DNA of 63,711 nucleotides from Candidatus Aenigmatarchaeota archaeon (lineage in GTDB: Archaea > EX4484-52), in NCBI GenBank assembly GCA_023137195.1, contig JAGLPV010000005.1:1-63711 (forward strand), in the 5' to 3' direction. Position numbers and translations under genes: made by a program. Below the pieces are notes generated by a model. The model did not search any database and was not told where the DNA came from. It saw nothing but the letters and a program-made list of their open reading frames with translations. Of this stretch, positions 8,772-18,932 are shown in pieces. The number at the start of each line of letters is the position of its first letter. Position 1 is the first letter of the stretch.

Positions 8772-9935
8772 TCAAAAAAACTTATCCTTCATCTTCTCGA
8801 AAAATGTCTCATTATGCTTAACATGATCATACTTACTCTCCAACTCCGACAATGCTTTAATATGCTCTTTCTGCTTATCACTCAAATCTGTAGGAACATC
8901 CACAATTATCTTGACCATCTGCTCTCCTTTCCTCCCGGTATGTGGATCTCTTATCCCTTTACTCCTAAGCCTAAATGTCGTGCCGGATTGTGTTCCGGGA
9001 GGTATTTTCAAATCATCAGTCCCTTTAAGTGTTGGAATTTTTGCACTTCCGCCCAACACAGCCGCAGTAAATGGAATATGAACAGTATTGAACACATCAC
9101 ATTCTCTCCTTTCAAACACAGCATCCGTCTTCACAGAAATCAAAATATACAAATCACCGGAAGGACCTCCTTTCCCCCCAGCATTTCCTTTTCCGCTAAG
9201 CCTAATTTTATATCCATTATCAACTCCCTCAGGAATTGTTATGTCCATCTCCTTTTTTTTCAAAACAAAACCGGCTCCGCCACAAACAGAACATTTTGCT
9301 TTACTTGTTTTACCCGTACCATTACATCTGGAACACATAGAAACACTTGAAAAACTCCCGAATATTGTATGCTTCTCTTCTCTTACTTTACCCTTTCCAT
9401 TGCACGCAGAACAGGTCTGCATAACACCATCCTTTGCCCCGGTTCCACGGCATGCAGGACATTTTTCCTTTGCATCAAAAACAACAGTTTTCTTGCATCC
9501 AAAAGCCGCTTCCCTAAATTCCAAATCAATCCTGTACACCAAATCTTCTCCTCTCTCAGGTCCTCTCCTTTGCCTTTGCCCGAATGGAGAAAATCCGCCG
9601 CCAAAACCACTGAACGCATTTTCAAATATATCACTTATATCTTCATAATCAACATTAACTCCTTCAAATCCTCCGCCACCAAAGCCGCCTTGTCCTGCTC
9701 CACCGGCACCGTATTTGAATCCCTCTGAACCAAAGCGGTCATATTGCTCTTTTTTCCCCTTATCTTTTAAAACACCGTAAGCTTCATTTATTTCCTTTAC
9801 TATCTCTTCATTTTCCTTGTTTCCCTTGTTCAAATCAGGATGATGCATCTTTACCTGCTTTCGATATGCTTTTTTTATCTCGCTGGCACTTGCATTCTTG
9901 TCCACACCAAGTGTTTTATAATAATCTTTGCTCAT
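8772..9935 (-). CDS. dnaJ: Chaperone DnaJ
   Basis: J domain with HPD, G/F-rich linker, four CxxCxGxG repeats. Confidence 0.97.
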   Translation of the reverse strand: MSKDYYKTLGVDKNASASEIKKAYRKQVKMHHPDLNKGNKENEEIVKEINEAYGVLKDKGKKEQYDRFGSEGFKYGAGGAGQGGFGGGGFEGVNVDYEDISDIFENAFSGFGGGFSPFGQRQRRGPERGEDLVYRIDLEFREAAFGCKKTVVFDAKEKCPACRGTGAKDGVMQTCSACNGKGKVREEKHTIFGSFSSVSMCSRCNGTGKTSKAKCSVCGGAGFVLKKKEMDITIPEGVDNGYKIRLSGKGNAGGKGGPSGDLYILISVKTDAVFERRECDVFNTVHIPFTAAVLGGSAKIPTLKGTDDLKIPPGTQSGTTFRLRSKGIRDPHTGRKGEQMVKIIVDVPTDLSDKQKEHIKALSELESKYDHVKHNETFFEKMKDKFF

Positions 9936-10024
9936 ATATTTTTGAATCAACAAATCTTAAAAAACTGTTGTAAAATATAATTTATTTTTCGATACATTAA
10001 TAAACTTAATTTATTCTTTCATCT

Positions 10025-10597
10025 ATGTTTGAAATTATAAAATTCAATGAGCACGTAACGGTAAACCAAAAATACCTTACTCTTGACAAAGAGAAAAGAA
10101 TGATGAGAACACTTCAGGAAACCTACGAAAACAAGATTATGACTGATTTGGGCGTTCTTCTTACAATAGACAAAGTAAACAGCATAGAAGGTGGCTATAT
10201 AGAAATAGATGATCCCACAGTGCATTATGATGTAGATTTTAATGCTCTTGTTTTTGTCCCAAAAATTTATGAAGTTGTAGAGGGAGTAGTTGCAGATATT
10301 GTTGATTTTGGAGTATTCATCCGTTTCGGACCAATAGATGCACTTTGCCACATATCCCAGGTAATTGACGGGTATCTTGACATGGACAAAAGCGCAAAGA
10401 CCATCTCTGTAAAAAACACAAACAAAAGTCTAAAGATAGGAGATGTCGTCAGATGCAGGATTATCGCATTGAGCATAAACAAAAAAGAAGTGAACAAGAT
10501 AATAGTAACAATGCGACAAAAAGGTCTTGGAAATATTGACTGGATTGAACAGGACAAAAAAGACAAAGTAAAAAAAGAAAAAACCGTGAAAAAATAA
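10025..10597 (+). CDS. rpoE1: RNA polymerase subunit E' (Rpo7)
   Basis: PKIYEVVEG.V..I.DFG.FIRFGPIDAL.HISQ, S1 domain, TMRQ.GLG. Confidence 0.93.
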   Translation: MFEIIKFNEHVTVNQKYLTLDKEKRMMRTLQETYENKIMTDLGVLLTIDKVNSIEGGYIEIDDPTVHYDVDFNALVFVPKIYEVVEGVVADIVDFGVFIRFGPIDALCHISQVIDGYLDMDKSAKTISVKNTNKSLKIGDVVRCRIIALSINKKEVNKIIVTMRQKGLGNIDWIEQDKKDKVKKEKTVKK

Positions 10598-10694
10598 TTT
10601 AATGAACTAGAACTAGAGAGAGCCACCAATAAGAGTTAATCATTCTCAATCATTGAAATAACGATGAAAAAACAAAAATAAGTAGGAGATTCAT

Positions 10695-11198
10695 ATGACA
10701 TGGGATGTATTTATTTGTCACGCAAGTGAAGATAAAGGTTCTATCGCAAAACCACTTGCAGATAAACTAAAGGATAACGATTTAGAAGTATGGTATGATG
10801 AATTTACTCTTAAATTAGGTGACAAATTAAGAAGGAGTATAGATAATGGTCTCAAAGAATCAAAATATGGTATTGTTATACTGAGTGAATCATTTTTTAC
10901 AAAAGAATGACCACAAACCGAATTAGATGGTTTAGTTTCTCTCGAGAAAAAAATAATACCTATTTGGCATAATCTAGAATATCAAGATATTGTAAATTAT
11001 TCCCCTATGCTTGCAGATAGATTAGCCGTAAAAACTCAAAGCGGATTAGATAATGTAGTTAAAAAAATACTAGAACTATTTGATACAAACCACACAGAAA
11101 GACATAAAAGTTCATCTAATAAAAAAAATGAAAGTAATAATCCAAATCATAATGGGAAATTACTATATGGAAGAAAATTAAAAGGAAGGAAGTTATAA
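10695..11198 (+). pseudogene. TIR-domain protein interrupted by an in-frame TGA (10908-10910)
   Basis: WDVFICHASEDK...VWYDEF; the frame continues after the TGA as PQTELDGL...IIPIWH, so the TGA sits at the W of the usual WPQ.ELD motif. Confidence 0.8.
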
Positions 11199-11199
11199 T

Positions 11200-11391
11200 A
11201 TGGATAATTATCAAGAAACAAAATACGTAAATTGTCCTAATTGCGGAAAGATTATAGAAGTAATCAGTCCTAGAGTGAACAAAAATGTATCAAAAGTAAT
11301 AGCATACACGTCAGACCACGTTGCTCATGAGAATACGCAGACCGTATGTTCAAATTGCCAATATAAGTGCTATATTAGTTGGTATTATTAA
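11200..11391 (+). CDS. Small zinc-ribbon protein
   Basis: CPNCG...CSNC; starts 1 nt after the TIR frame ends. Confidence 0.6.
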   Translation: MDNYQETKYVNCPNCGKIIEVISPRVNKNVSKVIAYTSDHVAHENTQTVCSNCQYKCYISWYY

Positions 11392-11495
11392 TTCATAAAA
11401 TATTTTTCCTGTGGGTTCCGTGCATTCTGTGGATTAATCATGTGGTTTGTCAAAAAGCAAGAATAATTATATAAAATTAAAAATTTAATCACCTC

Positions 11496-12614
11496 ATGAA
11501 ATTAAATATAGAAAACATAAAATCCATGAAAAACAAGGAAAAAATAAGCATGCTTACTGCTTATGATTTTTCAACAGCAGGAGTAATGGACGGCACAGTT
11601 GACATGATTCTTGTAGGAGACAGCTTAGGGATGGTTGTCTATGGCGATGACAACACTTTGAATGTAACCATGCAGGACATGATAAGACCAACACAGGCAG
11701 TAAAAAGAGCTGTCAAAAAATCCATAATAATAGGAGACATGCCAGCCAATAGTTATAATAACAAGACAGAAGCAGTAGAAAATGCAAAATCATTAATCAA
11801 AGCCGGTGCAGATTGTGTCAAGATAGAGAATCAGCATGAAATGGCAGAGGCAATAGTAAACACAGGCATAGAAGTAATAGGACATGTCGGTTTGACCCCC
11901 CAGACAATAACAGACTACCGAATGCAGGGAAAGGATGAAGAAAGCGCAAACAGGATATTTCAGGAAGCAAGAGCTTTGGAAAAAGCAGGTTGTTTTGCCA
12001 TAGTTTTAGAGTGCATCCCTGCTGATTTGGCAAAAAAAATAACAACTGAACTAAAAATAATTACTATTGGAATAGGCGCAGGATTGGACTGCGATGGTCA
12101 GGTTCTAGTAAGCCATGATGTCCTGGGTCTATTCGAAAAAATCAAGCCGGATTTTGCAAAAACCTATGTTAATCTTTCAGAGCAGATGAAAACTGCATTT
12201 ATAGAATACAACCAAAATGTTAAGGAAGGAGTAGTCAAAAGCACAGGCACTAATTTTACTCAAATGCAGAGGCTGATGTTTAAGTCAAAAATACATCGCG
12301 CAACAGCTACAGATGCTAATTTAGATTATGAAGGCAGCATAACTATTGACTCAGAACTGATGAAAAAAGCAAATATTGTCCCGGGAGAACAGGTTCATGT
12401 ACTCAACATAGACAATGGAGAAAGAATCGAGACGTACACAATAGAAGGCGAACCCAACTCAGGTTGTATATGCATTAATGGTGCAGCAGCCCATAAATTC
12501 AAAAAAGGAGAAAAAATCATCATCATCTCTTATGTTCTCGTCGATGAAGACAAAATAAATAAATTTAAACCAAAGGTAGTTCTTGTTGATGAAAACAACA
12601 AAGAAATAATATGA
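11496..12614 (+). CDS. panB-panD: Fusion of ketopantoate hydroxymethyltransferase (PanB) and aspartate 1-decarboxylase (PanD)
   Basis: PanB: [26 protein letters not shown]. In-frame PanD from 12264: [29 protein letters not shown]. Confidence 0.92.
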   Translation: MKLNIENIKSMKNKEKISMLTAYDFSTAGVMDGTVDMILVGDSLGMVVYGDDNTLNVTMQDMIRPTQAVKRAVKKSIIIGDMPANSYNNKTEAVENAKSLIKAGADCVKIENQHEMAEAIVNTGIEVIGHVGLTPQTITDYRMQGKDEESANRIFQEARALEKAGCFAIVLECIPADLAKKITTELKIITIGIGAGLDCDGQVLVSHDVLGLFEKIKPDFAKTYVNLSEQMKTAFIEYNQNVKEGVVKSTGTNFTQMQRLMFKSKIHRATATDANLDYEGSITIDSELMKKANIVPGEQVHVLNIDNGERIETYTIEGEPNSGCICINGAAAHKFKKGEKIIIISYVLVDEDKINKFKPKVVLVDENNKEII

Positions 12615-13840
12615 TTCTTAAAAATAAAACAATTGTCCTGGGAATTTCAAGCAGTATTGCCACATACAAATCTCTTGATCTAATAAAGCAATTCAAAAAA
12701 AAAGGCGCAGATGTCATTGTCATTATGACAGACAATGCCACAAAACTGGTCAATCCAGATGAATTTGAACAGGCAAGTGGAAATAAAGTTTTTCTTAAAC
12801 AATTTGCGCCAAATGTCGACTTCAGGGACTACCTGAAAAAAGATGCAAAAATAAACCATATTTCCTTAGCAGATAGGGCAGACTTATTTTTAATCTGCCC
12901 ATGCACCGCCAACACCATCAGTAAACTCGCCTGTGGCATTGCAGACAACCTGCTTTGCACCTCTGTCATGGCAACCAATGCACCTGTGATATTATGTCCT
13001 GCAATGAATGTAAAGATGTGGTATAACCCAACAATACAGGAAAATATAAGGAAACTAACAATAAATGGCTATGAAATTGTCGAACCCGAAGAAGGTATTT
13101 TAGCCTGCGGTTACAAAGGCATGGGAAGACTGGCAGGATTTGAAAAAATAATTGAGCAAACAACTTTGACTTTAACCAGATCCAATGACCTGAAAAACAA
13201 AAAAATCCTTGTAACTGCCGGAGCAACTGTCGAAGACATAGACGCAGTAAGAGTCATAACCAATAAAAGCTCAGGCAAGACAGGTGCCTACATCGCCCGG
13301 GAAGCCGCCAAAAGAGGAGCTAAAGTCACCCTGGTAAGAGGATACAATTCCGTTGAACCCATGTATTTTGGCATAAAAGATATTATCATAAAGGACACAG
13401 ATGACTTATTCAACAAAATAAAAGAAAATATACAAGACACAGACATAATGATTCACACAGCCGCTGTCTCAGACTACACTCTCACCAATAAAAAAGAAGA
13501 AAAAATCAAAAGCACCAACAAACAACTGTCCTTAGAATTAAAACCCACAGTCAAGATTTTAGATAAAATAAAAGAAATAAAAAAAGACATATTCCTTGTC
13601 GGCTTCAAAGCAGAATGCAACATAGACACAGATGTTTTGATAGAAAGAAGTTACAAACGACTAAAAGAGGCAAATGCAGACATAATGGTCGCAAATGACA
13701 TCGGCAAAAAAAACTGCGGTTTCGACGTAGAAACCAATGAAGTCCTAATCATAGATAAAAATAAAAAAATAAAACATGTTAAATTAACACTCAAAAGAAA
13801 CATAGCAAAAGAACTTTTGGATTACATATGCAAATCATAA
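12611..13840 (+). CDS. coaBC: Bifunctional phosphopantothenoylcysteine decarboxylase/synthase
   Basis: [43 protein letters not shown]. Confidence 0.95.
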   Translation: MILKNKTIVLGISSSIATYKSLDLIKQFKKKGADVIVIMTDNATKLVNPDEFEQASGNKVFLKQFAPNVDFRDYLKKDAKINHISLADRADLFLICPCTANTISKLACGIADNLLCTSVMATNAPVILCPAMNVKMWYNPTIQENIRKLTINGYEIVEPEEGILACGYKGMGRLAGFEKIIEQTTLTLTRSNDLKNKKILVTAGATVEDIDAVRVITNKSSGKTGAYIAREAAKRGAKVTLVRGYNSVEPMYFGIKDIIIKDTDDLFNKIKENIQDTDIMIHTAAVSDYTLTNKKEEKIKSTNKQLSLELKPTVKILDKIKEIKKDIFLVGFKAECNIDTDVLIERSYKRLKEANADIMVANDIGKKNCGFDVETNEVLIIDKNKKIKHVKLTLKRNIAKELLDYICKS

Positions 13841-14667
13841 ATACAGTAGAGGAAATGCAAAAATTTTCAGACCTGGCAAGGGAAGAAAAAAAGACAATCG
13901 GTCTTGTTCCAACGATGGGCTATCTGCACGAAGGTCACTTGAGTCTCATCAAAAGAGCAGGAAAAGAATGCGATATTGTTATTGTGAGTATATATGTTAA
14001 TCCCACGCAGTTTGGACCAAATGAGGATTTATCCAAATATCCGCATGATTTCCAAAGAGACAAAACCATTTGCATAGAGAATAACGTTAACGCAATTTTT
14101 TGCCCGACAGACGATTCAATGTATCAACAAGGATACCAGACCTTTGTCAATGTAGAAAACCTGACTAAATCCTTATGCGGAAAATCAAGACCGACCCATT
14201 TTAAAGGAGTTACAACAATAGTCTCCAAACTATTCAATTGCACAAAACCACATAAAGCATATTTTGGACAGAAAGACTACCAGCAGACCAGAGTAATAAA
14301 ACAGATGACAAGAGATCTCAACTACAATGTAGATATCATCGTATGTCCCATAATACGCGAAAAAGATGGTCTGGCAATGAGTTCCAGGAACAGATACTTA
14401 AATGAAGAAGAAAGAAAATCGGCGCTTGTCCTGTCAAGATCATTAGACCTTGCAAAGAAATTGATAGATAAAGGAGAAACAAATCCAGAAAAAATACAGA
14501 GAGAAATGGTAAAGCTGATTGAATCAGAAAACTCGACAAGAATAGATTACATAGAACTGGTCGATGTAGATAATCTAACGCCAAAAGACAGGATAGAAGG
14601 AAAAATACTGATAGCCTTGGCAGTTTTTGTCGGCAAGACGAGACTTATTGATAATTTATTAGTCTAA
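13828..14667 (+). CDS. panC: Pantoate--beta-alanine ligase (bacterial-type pantothenate synthetase)
   Basis: VPTMGYLHEGH, VNPTQF, RPTHF.GV, FGQKD.QQ, GLAMSSRN, RLIDN. Confidence 0.96.
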   Translation: MQIINTVEEMQKFSDLAREEKKTIGLVPTMGYLHEGHLSLIKRAGKECDIVIVSIYVNPTQFGPNEDLSKYPHDFQRDKTICIENNVNAIFCPTDDSMYQQGYQTFVNVENLTKSLCGKSRPTHFKGVTTIVSKLFNCTKPHKAYFGQKDYQQTRVIKQMTRDLNYNVDIIVCPIIREKDGLAMSSRNRYLNEEERKSALVLSRSLDLAKKLIDKGETNPEKIQREMVKLIESENSTRIDYIELVDVDNLTPKDRIEGKILIALAVFVGKTRLIDNLLV

Positions 14668-14688
14668 TTTAATCACATTGCTGATTTT

Positions 14689-15726
14689 TCAGATTGAACC
14701 AAATATCATTCCTACAATCGTTGAAAAAAACACAACCAATATTATATAAACTATTGTTTGCTTATTTCCCAATATTTTTCTTATGACCAAAAGGCTCGGC
14801 AAACTTAAGCTTGGACCTGCCAATAATAATGCCAAAGCCGGACCTTTTCCCATTCCCATTCTCATCAATTCTCCTATAATCGGGACTTCTGTAAGGGTCG
14901 CAAAATACATAAATGCTCCAAAAATCGAAGCAACAAAATTAGATGTTAAACTATTACCTCCAAGATAAGTCCGGACAATTTCCCCGGGAAGTAAAAAACT
15001 AATTATTCCTGCTATAAATACACCTATCAACAAATATGGAGTTATTAACTTTGTAATATTCCAAGTTTCTCTCATCCATTCCATCTCATCTTTCTTCGTA
15101 AATTTTAATTTCAGCAAAACCAGCAATAGACCAATCAATACTCCAAAAAGTAGTATCTTTAACTCAAAAGCAATTTGAAATCCATTGACAATCAATAACC
15201 CTATGAGGAGTGCAAAAAATAATGAAATGGTTGTTTTTGACAGGTGTTGTTCTGCTTTTAAATTCAAGAACATATCTTCGTTTTCCATTTCTTTTTTTCG
15301 GAATAAAAAATGCATTATCAGACCAATGATTATTGATAGAAAAATAGCGGCAACCGCTCTTGCCATACCTATATCAAAACCCAATACTCTTGCTGTATAG
15401 ATGATTGCAAGCAGATTAATTGCAGGTCCTGAAAAAAGGAAAGTTATAGCAGGACCCAAACCCGCACCTCTTTTTTTAATGCCTGCAAACAAGGGCAGGA
15501 TTGTGCATGAACAAACCGCCAGCAGACATCCTGAAACAGCAGCAACAGAGTAAGAAATGTGTTTTTTGGTTTTCGGACCTAAATATTTTAAAACAGAATC
15601 TTTTTTAAGAAAAACTGCAATCGCTCCCGCTATGAAAAATGCCGGAATCAAACACGTTAAGACATGTGCCGATAAATACTCGCTTAAAGCATAAAATCCT
15701 GCAAAAAATAAATCTGTTATAATCAT
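14689..15726 (-). CDS. ArsP/DUF318-family permease
   Basis: LAVCSCTILPLF, FL..GPAIN, YFATLTEVP, L..PSLSLP. Confidence 0.9.
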   Translation of the reverse strand: MIITDLFFAGFYALSEYLSAHVLTCLIPAFFIAGAIAVFLKKDSVLKYLGPKTKKHISYSVAAVSGCLLAVCSCTILPLFAGIKKRGAGLGPAITFLFSGPAINLLAIIYTARVLGFDIGMARAVAAIFLSIIIGLIMHFLFRKKEMENEDMFLNLKAEQHLSKTTISLFFALLIGLLIVNGFQIAFELKILLFGVLIGLLLVLLKLKFTKKDEMEWMRETWNITKLITPYLLIGVFIAGIISFLLPGEIVRTYLGGNSLTSNFVASIFGAFMYFATLTEVPIIGELMRMGMGKGPALALLLAGPSLSLPSLLVIRKILGNKQTIVYIILVVFFSTIVGMIFGSI

Positions 15727-15727
15727 G

Positions 15728-16441
15728 TTAAAACCACCAAATCAGAATCGTATAATAGACACCAACCAAAAGAAAAATTATCGAAACAATATACCTCATG
15801 TATTTTTCAAATGTCTGGACTTTGTTCATTATGGCGCCAAGTTTTGAGACACTATAAACAAGTATGAATGAAAATAAAATCACTGGCAACCCTGTAGCAA
15901 ATGCAAATGCAGACGGAATCAATATACCGTCACTAAATTTCAGGGCAAGAGGGATTAGCATTCCAAAGAACAGGACTGCACTAAAAGGACAAAAAGCCAA
16001 TGCAAAAACAATCCCCAGGCAAAAACTGCCCCAATAACCTTTTTCAGATAATTTTTCTTTCAGGACATCCAGTCTTTTGCTATTTCTGATAAAATTTAAT
16101 TTAATTACATCCAACATAGTCAAACCGATAAATATCAGCAGTGGACCTAAACTTCTTTCACCATATTTTTGCAGGAAGAAAGAAATTGCCTGTACATTCA
16201 GGCCTGCATAAACAATCAAAGACGCAAGACCAACATAAGTTAACATTCTTCCCGCAGTATAACTAAAACCCGTGATTAATGTATGTTTTCCATTGTCTAT
16301 TTTTTTGGAAATATAGGCGATGGCAGTTATATTTGTTGCCATCGGACACGGGCTTATGGCAGTCATTAGACCTATAAAAAAAGCCGCAACTAGGGCAATA
16401 TCATTTGTGCCCATCGTCTCCAGGAAAGCCATTAAATCCAT
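15728..16441 (-). CDS. ArsG-family (DsbD-like) organoarsenical efflux permease
   Basis: AISPCPMATN and ALAFCPFS Cys motifs, six TM segments. Confidence 0.8.
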   Translation of the reverse strand: MDLMAFLETMGTNDIALVAAFFIGLMTAISPCPMATNITAIAYISKKIDNGKHTLITGFSYTAGRMLTYVGLASLIVYAGLNVQAISFFLQKYGERSLGPLLIFIGLTMLDVIKLNFIRNSKRLDVLKEKLSEKGYWGSFCLGIVFALAFCPFSAVLFFGMLIPLALKFSDGILIPSAFAFATGLPVILFSFILVYSVSKLGAIMNKVQTFEKYMRYIVSIIFLLVGVYYTILIWWF

Positions 16442-16442
16442 T

Positions 16443-16961
16443 TTAATTCCCATTAAGCTTTTGCTCAAGAACCTGTTTTAAATAATTCATGTAATCCTGC
16501 TTATCATTTATCTTATACCAAACCTTGACATTTTCCTCTTTTGAAAAACTTCCATCCGCTCTATAAATCCCAATCCATAATGAAGAACCTGTTGCTCCAT
16601 ATTTCGATGCAGTTTCCTTGTTTTCGGGGAGTTCAGCATTAATATGGTCAAAGACAATTTTCCCGGATTTTAATTCATCTGAAAAGTAAGTTTTAATTGT
16701 TTCTTCTGCGTACGCTCCAAGAGTTTTGCAGGAATAACACTGGCGCGTTACATGAAAATGGAATACTTCTATTTTTTGTACATCCGACTCGCCTGTTTTT
16801 TGTACCGGCAAACTTTCTGTATTTGCATCTGAAACTTGATTTGTTTCCTGTAGTGTTGTATTGCCCGCAACATTCGCTTCTGCTTTTTGGGTGCATCCTG
16901 AAATAAAAAGAACTGCTACGATTGCCATCATCACTAATCCAAAAAAATATTTGTTTCTCAT
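16443..16961 (-). CDS. ArsF-family thioredoxin-like lipoprotein
   Basis: Lipobox-like ISGC, HFH...QCYSC motif. Confidence 0.75.
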   Translation of the reverse strand: MRNKYFFGLVMMAIVAVLFISGCTQKAEANVAGNTTLQETNQVSDANTESLPVQKTGESDVQKIEVFHFHVTRQCYSCKTLGAYAEETIKTYFSDELKSGKIVFDHINAELPENKETASKYGATGSSLWIGIYRADGSFSKEENVKVWYKINDKQDYMNYLKQVLEQKLNGN

Positions 16962-17077
16962 ATTATATCACGGCACAAAAGTAATGCAAGTAATGTGGCG
17001 CGATATACTAGCAAAATACATAAATACTATCCAAATACCAATTATATTTTTTGCATATTTATGTGTTTTGCTATAAT
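16962..17077. repeat. Composite palindromic element, short copy (116 bp)
   Basis: Ends ATTATA...TATAAT; two hairpins; shares both ends with 50680-50949. Confidence 0.8.
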
Positions 17078-17303
17078 TCAACCACTTTTTTATTTCTTCA
17101 ACTTCAGGAATTCTGCCCGAAGCCTTTACATCTCCGTCAATTACAATTACCGGAGTCGACATAACACCATAATCAATAATTTTATTGATGTCTGTTACTT
17201 TGACCAACTCTGCTTTTATGCCGGTCTCATCTACCGCTTCTCTTGCATTTTCTTCAAGCTTTTTACATTTCGGACAACCAGTCCCCAATATTTCTATTTT
17301 CAT
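16968..17303 (-). CDS. MTH895/ArsE-family small thioredoxin, with ~35 extra C-terminal residues read through the palindromic element
   Basis: MKIEILG.GCPKC...TP.IVIDG.V...GR.P..EEIKKWL, then element-encoded sequence. Confidence 0.88.
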   Translation of the reverse strand: MKIEILGTGCPKCKKLEENAREAVDETGIKAELVKVTDINKIIDYGVMSTPVIVIDGDVKASGRIPEVEEIKKWLNYSKTHKYAKNIIGIWIVFMYFASISRHITCITFVP

Positions 17304-17602
17304 TATTTTTCACCCACACAGCAACTTTTCTTCAAATTTTTCCCTTTTGTATACTCTAATGCTTTTAAAACATCGCAAACCCTATAATCCTTGATTTTGT
17401 AAAAAATCTTTTTTCCGTCTCTTCTTGATTCCAAAACGCCGGCATCTTCCAGTTTTCCCAACTGGATAGATACTGTTGATTGCGCCCTTTTTGTGTGCGG
17501 AACTATTTTACAGACGCATTTTTCCCCATCCAAAAGAAACTCTACTATTCTTAGTCTCGTCCCATCAGACAGTGCTTTCAAAATTTTCAATCTCTCTTCC
17601 AT
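17303..17602 (-). CDS. arsR: ArsR/SmtB family repressor
   Basis: LKALSD.TRLRI, CVC, QSTVS.QL..L, RRDGK..FY; C-terminal CC pair. Confidence 0.88.
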   Translation of the reverse strand: MEERLKILKALSDGTRLRIVEFLLDGEKCVCKIVPHTKRAQSTVSIQLGKLEDAGVLESRRDGKKIFYKIKDYRVCDVLKALEYTKGKNLKKSCCVGEK

Positions 17603-17619
17603 ATTATATTCCCTAACAG

Positions 17620-18834
17620 TTAACCAAACATCAACAACTCCGGTCTAAGTATCATCAATATCCCGACAATAAGCATAACTATACCTCCAATCAAATGAGA
17701 CGCCCTACTATATTTGCTTGAAATCCCTGTAATCTGCAATGTGGTCATTGCCACGAAAAACACAAACAAATCATCCAGCATAAATACAAAAATATACAAT
17801 ATCAGGTAAGAATAGTACTGCCATGACGGAAGGTTGGTTAAGGTTAATATTTGAGTGTATATTGCAGGAAGACCTGCCGAACATATCAACTCAACTAAAT
17901 TAACTGCAAAAGCCAAAACCACAAGACCAACCAAAGCAATCAAAAAATGTTTTTCCTGGATTATCTCCTTTAGCTTCTCAAACACACGCTGTTTTTTTCC
18001 TCCTCCTGTAATTTTGCACACTCCCGCAGGGTTTGTAATATATTCCTTTAAGTTATGATAACCTGCCCATAGAGCAACTGCTCCAATCACCATCCGGACC
18101 CAGAAAATAAATCCCAAAAAGAGGAATATATTAAGCCACGCAGACAAAAAGAGAAAATACACAAATGCTGAAGCCGCGATAAAAACCGTCCCGAAAATCC
18201 ACATCTTCTTCTTATCCTTCATTCCAAACAACAAAGATATCAGGAAAAGCAAAACCCACATGGCACACGGATTAAATCCATCGAGCGCCGCGATAAGTAT
18301 TGTCAGGACAGGCAGGGAAATATTTTTTGTCTCTATTTCCCCCAGAAGAGGCAAATTTAATTTTTCAGGTATACTGCCTGTCACACCAACAGCTCCCGGG
18401 TTCGGAGTTATTGAAGTCGTCAAACCCCCCACCACATCAGGGCAATATGTCTCTGATGCGCATTGGATTGCTTCTTCCATAGCTTTGCCTGTAGTCTCTT
18501 CACTATACCATCCGATAAAATAGTGCTCTCCTATTACAGTAAAAGGAACTCCCGAAACATCAGCATTCATCTCTTTGCTGACCCTTGCCAGCAACTCAGC
18601 ATTTTCTTTGCTCCTAGTGATTTCAAGACGATGTATTTCCAAATTGCTGTATTTCTGTTCAAGAGAATTTAAAAATACCTTTTCATGAGTGCAATGCGGA
18701 CATCCTTCTGCCCAGAAAAAATAAATATCGACCTTATTTTCACTTTCCTCCGCAAAGACAGGATTAACCGCAAAAGAAAATAAAACCAGGACCAATAATA
18801 AATTACTTATTCTACTTAAATTCAACACTTTCAT
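17620..18834 (-). CDS. Thioredoxin/glutaredoxin domain fused to a DsbD-like membrane domain
   Basis: CPHC; DGFNPCAMWVL and ELICSAGLP membrane Cys motifs. Confidence 0.8.
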   Translation of the reverse strand: MKVLNLSRISNLLLVLVLFSFAVNPVFAEESENKVDIYFFWAEGCPHCTHEKVFLNSLEQKYSNLEIHRLEITRSKENAELLARVSKEMNADVSGVPFTVIGEHYFIGWYSEETTGKAMEEAIQCASETYCPDVVGGLTTSITPNPGAVGVTGSIPEKLNLPLLGEIETKNISLPVLTILIAALDGFNPCAMWVLLFLISLLFGMKDKKKMWIFGTVFIAASAFVYFLFLSAWLNIFLFLGFIFWVRMVIGAVALWAGYHNLKEYITNPAGVCKITGGGKKQRVFEKLKEIIQEKHFLIALVGLVVLAFAVNLVELICSAGLPAIYTQILTLTNLPSWQYYSYLILYIFVFMLDDLFVFFVAMTTLQITGISSKYSRASHLIGGIVMLIVGILMILRPELLMFG

Positions 18835-18932
18835 TTATTTCACCATTAAATAATTCTAATATTTATATATTGATAACTATAAATATGTATCTGTTTTTGA
18901 AAACATTCTATCCTGTACTCCTTGTCAAACTT

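Noticed and set aside
10908-10910. Genome-wide UGA reassignment
   Set aside because: TGA ends ordinary genes here (cdc6, DUF190, purT, endA), and no other conserved gene shows an internal TGA.
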